64,000 bases of DNA from Elusimicrobiales bacterium (GTDB taxonomy: Bacteria; Elusimicrobiota; Elusimicrobia; Elusimicrobiales; UBA9959): positions 890 to 64,889 of the forward strand of contig JAVHLJ010000003.1 of NCBI GenBank assembly GCA_031082205.1. Reading direction: 5' to 3'. The position numbers were made by a program, and so were the translations under genes. Within the stretch, counting starts at the first letter, position 1. Each line of letters begins with the position of its first letter. Positions 37,516 through 45,047 of the stretch are shown one piece after another. The notes beneath the pieces were generated by a model. It made no database searches and had not been told where the DNA came from. It saw only the letters and a list, made by a program, of their open reading frames with translations.

Positions 37516-38666
37516 TGAGGCGGGCCAGGGACGTCACTTTCTTCCTGGCCCTTGCGGGGCTGCTGGTAATACTTCCGCCGGGAGGCTTCTCCGCCTGGAC
37601 CTGGACCAGCGGCCAGCGCTGGCTCTATATCTTCTTCATCGCCTTTTTCTTCTGTTCGCTCGCCGTGCCGCTGGCCGCTTACGCCGCGCGACGGTTCGGC
37701 GCGGTTGACCAGCCCGGGCCGCGCAGGGTCCACTCCTCCCCCACGCCGCGCCTCGGCGGCCTGGCCGTATTCCTGGCCCTTGCGCTGGCCATGCTGCGCA
37801 ACCAGCAGTTCTCCCCGCACCTTCTGGGGATAGCCGCCGGCGCCGTCATCATCTTCGCGCTCGGCTTTCTCGACGACGTGCGCAGCCTTTCAGCGAGGAC
37901 CAGGCTTTTCTGGCAGGTGGCCGCCGCGGCCGCCGCCGCGGGCGCGGGCCTCAAGCTCACGTTCGCGCAGCATCTTCCCGGGGGGGACATCCTTTCCTTC
38001 GCGCTTACCGTGATCTGGCTGGTGGGCATAACGAACGCCTTCAACTTCATGGACGGGATAGACGGCCTGGCCTCGGCTATGGGCGCGGTCTGCTCCCTGC
38101 TTTTCGTCGGCATCGCCTGGAACTCCAACCAGTACGAGGTCGCGTTCCTTTCGGCCGCGCTGGCCGGGGCCTGCTCGGGGTTCCTGACTGTCAACTGGCA
38201 CCCGGCCAGGATGTTCCTCGGCGACGGAGGGTCCACCCTTATAGGGTTCCTGCTGGGCTGCCTGGCGGTATACGGCAGCTGGGCCACGGGCAACCCGGCG
38301 GTGGCGCTCAGCACTCCCCTGCTGGTGCTGGGTATCCCGGTCTTCGACATAATCTACACCACCGTCTCGAGGATAAAGAACGGCCAGGTTTCGACGGTCA
38401 GGGAGTGGCTGGAGTACACCGGCAAGGACCATTTCCATCACCGTCTCATGAAGCTCGGCCTCGACGTGAAGCAGACCGTGGCCTTCATACTCATGCTCAA
38501 CCTCTGCCTGGGGCTCGGCGCCTGGACGGTGCGCCACACCGCCTCAACTGCCGGAACGATCTTCCTGCTGCTGCAGAGCGTGATGATCTTCTCCATAGTC
38601 GTGGTGCTGATGCTGCTGGGCAGGGAGAGCACGGAAGAGAAAGCGGGAAGAAGAGGGACGCGATGA
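37512..38666 (+). CDS. glycosyltransferase family 4 polyprenyl-phosphate sugar-1-phosphate transferase (WecA/MraY-like)
   Basis: The ATG at 37512 is in frame with ORF 37086..38666 and forms an ATGA overlap. Polytopic protein with motifs HSSPTPRLGG, NAFNFMDGIDGLA and MFLGDGGS. Confidence 0.85.
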   Translation: MMRRARDVTFFLALAGLLVILPPGGFSAWTWTSGQRWLYIFFIAFFFCSLAVPLAAYAARRFGAVDQPGPRRVHSSPTPRLGGLAVFLALALAMLRNQQFSPHLLGIAAGAVIIFALGFLDDVRSLSARTRLFWQVAAAAAAAGAGLKLTFAQHLPGGDILSFALTVIWLVGITNAFNFMDGIDGLASAMGAVCSLLFVGIAWNSNQYEVAFLSAALAGACSGFLTVNWHPARMFLGDGGSTLIGFLLGCLAVYGSWATGNPAVALSTPLLVLGIPVFDIIYTTVSRIKNGQVSTVREWLEYTGKDHFHHRLMKLGLDVKQTVAFILMLNLCLGLGAWTVRHTASTAGTIFLLLQSVMIFSIVVVLMLLGRESTEEKAGRRGTR

Positions 38667-39751
38667 AAGACACCATCATAAGATCGGCGGCCGCGGCGAG
38701 GCTGCGCGGAGAGCTGACGCAGCCTTTCACTATTTCTTCGGGCAGCCACAAGGACCTGGACAACGCCGTCTTCATGGTGACCCTCGCCGGCGGCGTCCGC
38801 GGCTACGGCGAGGCCGGGGTCGCTCCCCATATCACCGGAGAGACCCTGCCCGGCACGCTGGCCGCGCTGCGCGGCGCCGCGCGGTGGCTGAGGGGCAGGG
38901 ACATCGGCTCCTACGATCTTATCCTGCGCGGCCTGCGCGAGAGGCTCGACCGCAACAGGGCCGCCCTGGCGGCGGCCGAGATGGCCGTGCTCGACGCCCT
39001 GGCCAGGAACATGAAGGTCCCTTTCTGGAAACTTTACGGGAGCAGCCTCTCTCGCTCGAGGACGGATATAACCGTCGTGATAGGGACTCCGGAGCAGGCT
39101 TACGATTTCGCTTCTTTTTACCGGTCCCGGGGCATGGACATATTCAAGATCAAGGTCGGTATCGGCTATGACAACGACCTGCGGCGCATCTCCGCCGTCA
39201 GGCGCGCCGCCCCGAAGGCCCGCATTTTCCTGGACGCCAACTGCGCGTGGACGGTCCGGGAGGCCCGGTCTTTCGTGAAGGACCTCGGCCGGGCCGGCAT
39301 AAAGCCCTCCGTACTGGAACAGCCCGTGAAAAAAGAGGATTTCGAGGGCCTGGCCGCCCTCTCCCGTGATTTCGATTTCCCGGTCTGCGCGGACGAGAGC
39401 CTCTATTCGCTCCCGGACGCCGTGAGGCTGCTTAAGGCGGGCGTCAGCGGCCTGAACATAAAACTGATGAAACTGGGGCTGTCGCAGTCGCTGGAGGTCT
39501 ACCGGCTGGCGCGCGCCCGGGGCGTGAAACTGATGATGGGAGAGATGCTGGAAAGCCGCCTTTCCTCGCTCTGCGCCGCGCATTTCGCGGCCGGTCTCGG
39601 CGGCTTCGACTTCATCGACCTGGACACCCCTTTCTTCATAAAGGACAGGGTCACGTCCGGCTTCGCCGGTCCCGCCCCTGACGGGACTTACGACCTGGCC
39701 GCGGTGAAGGCCGGGATCGGCGCGATCCCTAAGATATTCGCGGGGAGGTGA
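38663..39751 (+). CDS. enolase-superfamily dipeptide (L-Ala-D/L-Glu-type) epimerase
   Basis: The ATG at 38663 is in frame with ORF 38405..39751 and forms an ATGA overlap. Metal and base motifs FKIKVG, LDAN, EQP and DES, as in the MR/MLE family. Confidence 0.85.
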   Translation: MKDTIIRSAAAARLRGELTQPFTISSGSHKDLDNAVFMVTLAGGVRGYGEAGVAPHITGETLPGTLAALRGAARWLRGRDIGSYDLILRGLRERLDRNRAALAAAEMAVLDALARNMKVPFWKLYGSSLSRSRTDITVVIGTPEQAYDFASFYRSRGMDIFKIKVGIGYDNDLRRISAVRRAAPKARIFLDANCAWTVREARSFVKDLGRAGIKPSVLEQPVKKEDFEGLAALSRDFDFPVCADESLYSLPDAVRLLKAGVSGLNIKLMKLGLSQSLEVYRLARARGVKLMMGEMLESRLSSLCAAHFAAGLGGFDFIDLDTPFFIKDRVTSGFAGPAPDGTYDLAAVKAGIGAIPKIFAGR

Positions 39752-39754
39752 GAC

Positions 39755-40165
39755 ATGACCGCATATTTACTGGCCATACTTCTGGGCGCCGCGCCGGCCC
39801 CGGCGTCGGCGGAGGACGCCATGCGGCAGGGTGTCCCGGTGCGACCGGCGGCCACGGTCGCGATAAGCACCTCCGCGCTTTCCGGACCGGAGCTCAAGCG
39901 CCTGCGGAATTCGGAGGCGGCCGCGCTCAGGAAAAGGCAAGCCGAAGAGTCCGAGGCCCTGCGGCGGTCCCTCGGTGGCAGGCCGGCGGCAGAGGCGCGC
40001 CGGGCGATGAACGAGCTGAAAGCTTCGCATGAGAAAGAGCTGGCCGCTCTAAAGGCCCGGCACCGGGAAGGCGCGCGCGGACCGGCAGCCGGCAAGGGCG
40101 CCGCCGCGGCCGGAGAGCCCGGCGGAACCGGCGGGAAGCCGGCCGCCGCGGGGAAGAAGCCTTGA
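39755..40165 (+). CDS. secreted Ala/Lys/Glu-rich coiled-coil protein, hypothetical
   Basis: Signal peptide MTAYLLAILLGAAPAPASA, charged helical repeats and a Gly/Ala/Lys tail. Tightly packed in the operon. Confidence 0.55.
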   Translation: MTAYLLAILLGAAPAPASAEDAMRQGVPVRPAATVAISTSALSGPELKRLRNSEAAALRKRQAEESEALRRSLGGRPAAEARRAMNELKASHEKELAALKARHREGARGPAAGKGAAAAGEPGGTGGKPAAAGKKP

Positions 40166-40779
40166 CCCGGGCCCTCCCGCTTGTCCTGCTGCTCCTTCCG
40201 CAGGCCGCGCTCTGCGCGCCGCTTTCTTTCGACGTGAAGGGCGGGCAGGCCGTTCCTTTCGGCGGCGACTGGGGGGACGCCGACGTCGGGTACGAGCCGG
40301 CCGCGGCGGCCGCCTTCGCCGGCTGGAGGAAGTTGGACGACAGCCTGGCCTGGGGAGTGGAGGCCGGTCTTGAGAGCGGCCACGGTTCCCGCGCGAACGA
40401 CGCGCTGAAGATAGATATTTTCCACCTGGCCCCGTCGCTCAGAGCTTCGTTCGCGTCCGGCGCCAGGACCTGGACCCTGCTGGCGGGGGCGGGGATCTTC
40501 CATTGGAAACATTCGGCTTATTCGGCCGGCGCCTCGCGTTTCGACGCCGGTTCCGCCACGAATTTCGGCGTTTCGCTGGGCGCCGGGGTGAAGCGCCGGG
40601 TCTTCGGACTTCCGCTTGGCCTGGAGGCCGTCTGGCGCCACCTGTTCCGCATGAAATCGGACGGGGTGGGGGATATCGGCCCGGCCGATAACCTCTGTCT
40701 TTACCTGAGCGTCCATTTCGGAGACCCGAAGCCGGTGCTGCCGCCGCCGCCGCTCGAGCCCTACAATCCGGATTACTAG
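40162..40779 (+). CDS. putative outer-membrane beta-barrel protein
   Basis: TTG start overlapping the upstream TGA. Signal peptide LPLVLLLLPQAALCA and alternating hydrophobic strands (GVSLGAGVKRRVFGLPLGLEAVW). OmpA-like barrel pattern, by eye only. Confidence 0.55.
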   Translation: MTRALPLVLLLLPQAALCAPLSFDVKGGQAVPFGGDWGDADVGYEPAAAAAFAGWRKLDDSLAWGVEAGLESGHGSRANDALKIDIFHLAPSLRASFASGARTWTLLAGAGIFHWKHSAYSAGASRFDAGSATNFGVSLGAGVKRRVFGLPLGLEAVWRHLFRMKSDGVGDIGPADNLCLYLSVHFGDPKPVLPPPPLEPYNPDY

Positions 40780-40782
40780 GCC

Positions 40783-40810
40783 TTGACAAGTCAATACCGT
40801 CTGCTATAAT
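40783..40810 (+). promoter_or_regulatory. near-consensus sigma70 promoter with no adjacent ORF
   Basis: TTGACA (40783-40788), a 16-nt spacer, then TATAAT (40805-40810). Confidence 0.65.
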
Positions 40811-40816
40811 ATTATC

Positions 40817-40897
40817 GGCCGCAGGCCCGTGGGCCTGCCGCCCGTTGAAACCCCCCGTAGTCTGGAGGGTGCTAAAACCCGCTGAACGCGGGTTTTT
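40817..40897 (+). ncRNA. candidate ~80-nt small RNA or cis-regulatory leader (unknown class)
   Basis: Predicted transcript from the 40783 promoter. Hairpin GCAGGCCC/GGGCCTGC (40821-40838), hairpin ACCCCCC/GGAGGGT (40850-40870, one mismatch), then an intrinsic terminator. No match by eye to any RNA family I know. Confidence 0.35.
40874..40897 (+). terminator. rho-independent terminator
   Basis: AAAACCCGC-TGAAC-GCGGGTTTTT. Confidence 0.7.
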
Positions 40898-40907
40898 GCA
40901 TTATATC

Positions 40908-40993
40908 GGGGCCAGGTCTTTACTTTTGACCTGCCGGGCGCCGGATCTCTCGCCTCCCGGGAGAGCGAAGGTCAAAAGTAAAGACCTGACCCC
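40908..40993. repeat. 86-bp inverted-repeat element (25-bp arms, 36-bp spacer), MITE/Correia-like
   Basis: Left arm GGGGCCAGGTCTTTACTTTTGACCT (40908-40932) versus right arm AGGTCAAAAGTAAAGACCTGACCCC (40969-40993): 24 of 25 positions are complementary. The spacer contains its own palindrome around TCCCGGGA. Confidence 0.7.
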
Positions 40994-41068
40994 AGCCCGG
41001 GTTTCCCTCCTCAACCGCCAAATTAGTATAATTATTGATATCTTAACCATTTCCTGCGAGGTGCTTAC

Positions 41069-42556
41069 ATGGGCAAGTTCGTGGAATGCGTACCTAATTT
41101 CAGCGAGGGCCGGGACCTCTCCAAGATAAACGCGATAGTGGACGCCGCCAGGGCCGTGCCGGGCGTGCTGGTGCTTGACGTAGAGAAGGACGCCGATCAT
41201 AACCGCACCGTCCTGACTTTCATCGCGCCGGTGGAGACCGCCGCGGACGCCATGTTCGCTGTCACCAAAAAAGCCTCCGAGCTCATAGACCTCAACCAGC
41301 ATAAGGGCGAGCATCCCCGTATGGGCGCCACCGACGTGGCCCCGTTCATCCCGGTCATGGACTCGACCATCGAGGATTGCGTGGCGCTGGCCGCGAAGGC
41401 CGGCGAGCGGATAGGCCGTGAACTGGGGATACCGGTCTATCTTTACGACAAGGCCGCCCGCGTCGAGCACCGCCGCGACCTGGCCAAGGTGCGCAAGGGA
41501 CAGTTCGAGGGCCTGCGCGAGGCCATAGGCAAGGACCCCGAGCGCGTGCCGGATTTCGGCCCCAACAGGATACACCCCACCGCCGGGGCGATGGCCGTCG
41601 GCGCCCGCCACCAGATAGTCAATTTCAACGTCAACCTGGCCACCACCGACATGGAGTTCGCCAAGGTCCTGGCCAAGAAGATACGCACCACCGGCGGCGG
41701 CCTGCCCGCCCTGCGCGCCAAGGAGATCTTCCTGGAGAGCAAGGGCCAGGTGCAGATGTCCACCGTGCTGACCGATTACAAGACCACATCCATCAAGCGG
41801 GTCCTGGACGAGATGCAGAAGGACCTGGGCCCCAAGGGTATAGAGATCACCGGCACCGAGCTCATCGGCCTGACCACCCAGGAGGCGCTGACCGATTACG
41901 CCGTCGAGTCGCTGAAGGTGCAGGGCTTCGACAAGGACACCCAGGTGCTCGAGACCAAGCTGCTCAAGCTGCTGGGCTCCTGGCAGTCCGGCGCCAACCT
42001 GCTGGCCGACGCGCTGGCCAATACCGATCCGACCCCCGGAGGGGGAAGCGCCGCCGCCATAGCCGGCGCTATGGGCTGCGCCCTGGGCCAGATGGCCGCC
42101 GGCATAACCCTGCGCGGCAAGAAGCTGGATGAGGCCAAGAAGCCCGGCCTGACCGCCCTGCATTCCAGCCTGGGCCGGCTGCGCGGCGACCTGCAGGCCT
42201 GCGTGGCCGAGGACTCCGCCTCTTTCGACGCCTTCATGGCCGCCATGAAGACGCCCAAGGACAACCCGGAGCGCAAGTCGAAGATGCAGGAGGCCCTGAA
42301 ATACGCCGCCGAAGTGCCCCTCAAGACCGCCCGCCTGGCCGCGGAGGCGGCCGCCGAACTGCGCAAATGCGGCGACGTCTCGTCCCATGTCATTTCCGAC
42401 TACCGCAGCGCCCTCTACCTGCTGGAGGCGGCGGTGAAGGGCGCGACGGAGAACGTATTCATCAACGCCGAGTCGCTGGACGACAAGGAACTGGCCGCCC
42501 GCATGGTAGGCGACGCCCGCTCTTTCATCGACAGCGTTTCCGCCGTAAAAGCTTAA
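41069..42556 (+). CDS. ftcD: bifunctional glutamate formimidoyltransferase / formimidoyl-THF cyclodeaminase
   Basis: N-terminus VECVPNFSEGRD...DADHNRTV (FTCD_N). C-terminal cyclodeaminase domain with PTPGGGSAAAIAGAMGCALGQMAAG. Confidence 0.9.
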   Translation: MGKFVECVPNFSEGRDLSKINAIVDAARAVPGVLVLDVEKDADHNRTVLTFIAPVETAADAMFAVTKKASELIDLNQHKGEHPRMGATDVAPFIPVMDSTIEDCVALAAKAGERIGRELGIPVYLYDKAARVEHRRDLAKVRKGQFEGLREAIGKDPERVPDFGPNRIHPTAGAMAVGARHQIVNFNVNLATTDMEFAKVLAKKIRTTGGGLPALRAKEIFLESKGQVQMSTVLTDYKTTSIKRVLDEMQKDLGPKGIEITGTELIGLTTQEALTDYAVESLKVQGFDKDTQVLETKLLKLLGSWQSGANLLADALANTDPTPGGGSAAAIAGAMGCALGQMAAGITLRGKKLDEAKKPGLTALHSSLGRLRGDLQACVAEDSASFDAFMAAMKTPKDNPERKSKMQEALKYAAEVPLKTARLAAEAAAELRKCGDVSSHVISDYRSALYLLEAAVKGATENVFINAESLDDKELAARMVGDARSFIDSVSAVKA

Positions 42557-42568
42557 GGAGACCCGATA

Positions 42569-44209
42569 ATGCCCAGCATGGACGCCATTTCACGGGGACT
42601 GGTCCTCGACAGCCTGAAGGAGTACGCCAAGCGGCGGCTGCCTTACGACCTGATACGGGACCTGGACCACGCCAACGAATTCCCCGCGGAGATACTCAAA
42701 GAGATGTACGACCCGGCCGTCCTGGGCGTGCACCTGCTGATGATCCCGGAGGAGTACGGCGGGGTCAGCGGCGGCACCTACGACATCTACCGCGTCTGCG
42801 AGGCCCTGGCCCGCATAGACCTGGGCATAGCCACGGGCGTATTCGCGACCTTCCTCGGCACCGACCCCATCAATGTCGGCGGCACGCAGGAGCAGAAGAA
42901 CAAGTGGCTCAACAAGATAGCCAAGGAGAACCTGATGGTGGCCTACGCCGCCACCGAGGCCGACGCCGGCAGCGACCTCATCAACCTGCGCACGCGCGCC
43001 GAGCACGTGGTGAAGAACGGGAAGGTCGCGGGCTACCGCATCACCGGCAACAAGCAGTGGATCTCCAACGGCGGCGTGGCGGACCTCTATACCGTCCTGG
43101 CCATGGCCCCGGGCGGCCCGTCCTGGTTCATAGTCGAGAGGAACATGGAGGGCTTCGCCCCCAACAAGCACGAGGACAAGCACGGCATACGCCTCTCCAA
43201 TACCGCCGCCCTGGCCCTGGACAGCGTCTATGTGCCCGCCGAGAACCTCATCGGCCTCGAGGAAGGCAAAGGCCTTCTGCAGGCCCAGGCCGTCTTCGGC
43301 TACACCCGCCTGATGGTGGCGGCCTTCGGCCTCGGCGCCGGCTGGGAGGCGCTCGAGCAGGCCATACGCTACAGCCAGCAGCGCATACAGGCGGGCGGCC
43401 CGCTGAGCGACAAGCAGGGGTACACCCACAAGCTCATAGTCCCGCACGCGGCCCGGCTCGAGGCCGCCCGGGCGTACATAGAGTACACGGCCAACCGCCT
43501 CGACGGCGGAGAGCACGGCCTGCAGACCGAGGGCGCCATCGCCAAGTATTCCGCCACCGAGAACGGCAACAAGGCCGCCGAGGACGCCATACAGGCGCTG
43601 GGCGGCTACGGCTACACCCGCGACTTCCCCGTGGAGAAGATCAAGCGCGACATAAAGATCACCTGCATCTACGAAGGCACCAGCGAGATCATGGAGATGA
43701 CCATCTACCGCGGGCGCTGGCAGGAGCATCTCAAGAGCCGCGGCCGCTGGTACCTGGACATGGCCGACGAGATGGACAAGCTCCACGCCTCCGTCCACGA
43801 CTGCGGCGCTTACGCCGCCGGGCTGGCCCTGCGCGCGCTGGCCGCCGTCATGGAGGAGTGCCGCCTGCAGAAGCTCACCCGCCACCAGCACGTCACTTTC
43901 AAGCTGGGCCGGCTGATAGCCCTGGCCGAGACCGCGGCCTGCTTCGCTCGCGCCGCCGCGCCGGGCAAGTACCCGGACAGCGTGCGCTTCGACGCCGGCG
44001 TCTACAAGGCGCTGTCGCGCGTCTACGCCCGCGAGGCCGCCCTGGCCCTGTCCGTGGAGGGCCTGGCGCTGGTGCTGGGCGCCTCCGACAATTCGTCGGG
44101 GCTGTCCGCCGCCATGAACATGCCGGCCGTGCAGGAGGCCCAGAAGGGCCTGATAGCCGACATGGACCTGGCCGCCGCCGGGCTCAAGACCACCTTCAAG
44201 GCGAAGTAA
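42569..44209 (+). CDS. acyl-CoA dehydrogenase-family flavoprotein with C-terminal extension
   Basis: ACAD motifs (AYAATEADAGSD, QWISNGG, IYEGTSEI), plus an extra C-terminal domain of about 150 aa. Confidence 0.88.
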   Translation: MPSMDAISRGLVLDSLKEYAKRRLPYDLIRDLDHANEFPAEILKEMYDPAVLGVHLLMIPEEYGGVSGGTYDIYRVCEALARIDLGIATGVFATFLGTDPINVGGTQEQKNKWLNKIAKENLMVAYAATEADAGSDLINLRTRAEHVVKNGKVAGYRITGNKQWISNGGVADLYTVLAMAPGGPSWFIVERNMEGFAPNKHEDKHGIRLSNTAALALDSVYVPAENLIGLEEGKGLLQAQAVFGYTRLMVAAFGLGAGWEALEQAIRYSQQRIQAGGPLSDKQGYTHKLIVPHAARLEAARAYIEYTANRLDGGEHGLQTEGAIAKYSATENGNKAAEDAIQALGGYGYTRDFPVEKIKRDIKITCIYEGTSEIMEMTIYRGRWQEHLKSRGRWYLDMADEMDKLHASVHDCGAYAAGLALRALAAVMEECRLQKLTRHQHVTFKLGRLIALAETAACFARAAAPGKYPDSVRFDAGVYKALSRVYAREAALALSVEGLALVLGASDNSSGLSAAMNMPAVQEAQKGLIADMDLAAAGLKTTFKAK

Positions 44210-44219
44210 GGAGCGAGAG

Positions 44220-45011
44220 ATGAACATAGTCGTCTGCGTCAAACAGGTCCCCGACTCCACCGAAGTGAAGATAAATCCCGAGACCGGCCACCTCATAAGG
44301 GCCGGCGTCCCCAGCATAATCAACCCCTACGACCACGCCGCGCTGGAGAACGCCCTGAAGCTGAAGAAAACCTACGGCGGCCGCGTGACCCTGATATCCA
44401 TGGGCCCGCCGCAGGCGCGCAGCGTGGTGCAGATGGGCCTGGCGCTCGGCGCCGACGAGGGCGTGCTGCTCTCGGACATGGCCTTCGCCGGCTCCGACAC
44501 CTGGTCCACCTCTTACGCCCTGGCGAAGGGGATAGCCAAGATAGGCAAGACCGACGCGATCTTCTGCGGCATGCAGGCCATAGACGGCGATACCGCCCAG
44601 ACCGGCCCCGGCATCGCCCAGCAGCTGGGCATACCGCAGGTCACCTTCTGCGAGCATGTCGACATCGACGGGAAGAATTTCATAGCCCGGCGCCACATAG
44701 ACGGCGGCCACGAGATAGTCGAGGCCCGGCCCCCGGTACTGTTCACCATACTGGTGCCCAAAGAGTTCAGCCCCCGCTGTCCCTCCTTCCCGGAGATACA
44801 CGGCTCCGTGAAGAAGCCTTACCATGTCTGGACCGCCGACGATATCGGGGCCGAGAAGCATTACCTCGGCCTCAAGGGCTCGCCCACCCAGGTGTCGAGG
44901 ATCTATCCGCCGCCGCAGCGCGAAAAGGCCGAGATGTTCTCCGGCTCCGCTCATGAGGCGGCCGAGCACATCCTCGCGATAATGCGCAAGGGCCAGTTCA
45001 TAGCCGAATAG
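44220..45011 (+). CDS. etfB: electron transfer flavoprotein beta subunit
   Basis: MNIVVCVKQVPDSTEVKINPETG..., the canonical EtfB start. Confidence 0.92.
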   Translation: MNIVVCVKQVPDSTEVKINPETGHLIRAGVPSIINPYDHAALENALKLKKTYGGRVTLISMGPPQARSVVQMGLALGADEGVLLSDMAFAGSDTWSTSYALAKGIAKIGKTDAIFCGMQAIDGDTAQTGPGIAQQLGIPQVTFCEHVDIDGKNFIARRHIDGGHEIVEARPPVLFTILVPKEFSPRCPSFPEIHGSVKKPYHVWTADDIGAEKHYLGLKGSPTQVSRIYPPPQREKAEMFSGSAHEAAEHILAIMRKGQFIAE

Positions 45012-45047
45012 TCCGGCCGAAAGTTTTTTCAAGGAGAAGCACCGATT

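Noticed and set aside
40829-40885. 18-codon GTG ORF (VGLPPVETPRSLEGAKTR) inside the candidate sRNA, with its stop in the terminator loop. This would be a possible attenuation leader peptide.
   Set aside because: No Shine-Dalgarno precedes it, the start is buried in the first hairpin, and it has no run of regulatory codons (no His codons, despite the link to the hut pathway).
40817-40897. Considered calling the leader a THF or ZTP riboswitch because the downstream gene is folate-dependent.
   Set aside because: I cannot find the conserved ZTP pseudoknot core (for example CCGCCUGGGC), and I cannot recall a matching THF-I or THF-II core. Labelling it as a known class would be unsupported, so I report it only as an unclassified candidate.
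40845-41129. Track ORF of 94 aa spanning the terminator, the inverted-repeat element and the ftcD start.
   Set aside because: It has a TTG start without an RBS, runs straight through a 25-bp-arm palindrome and an intrinsic terminator, and overlaps ftcD out of frame.
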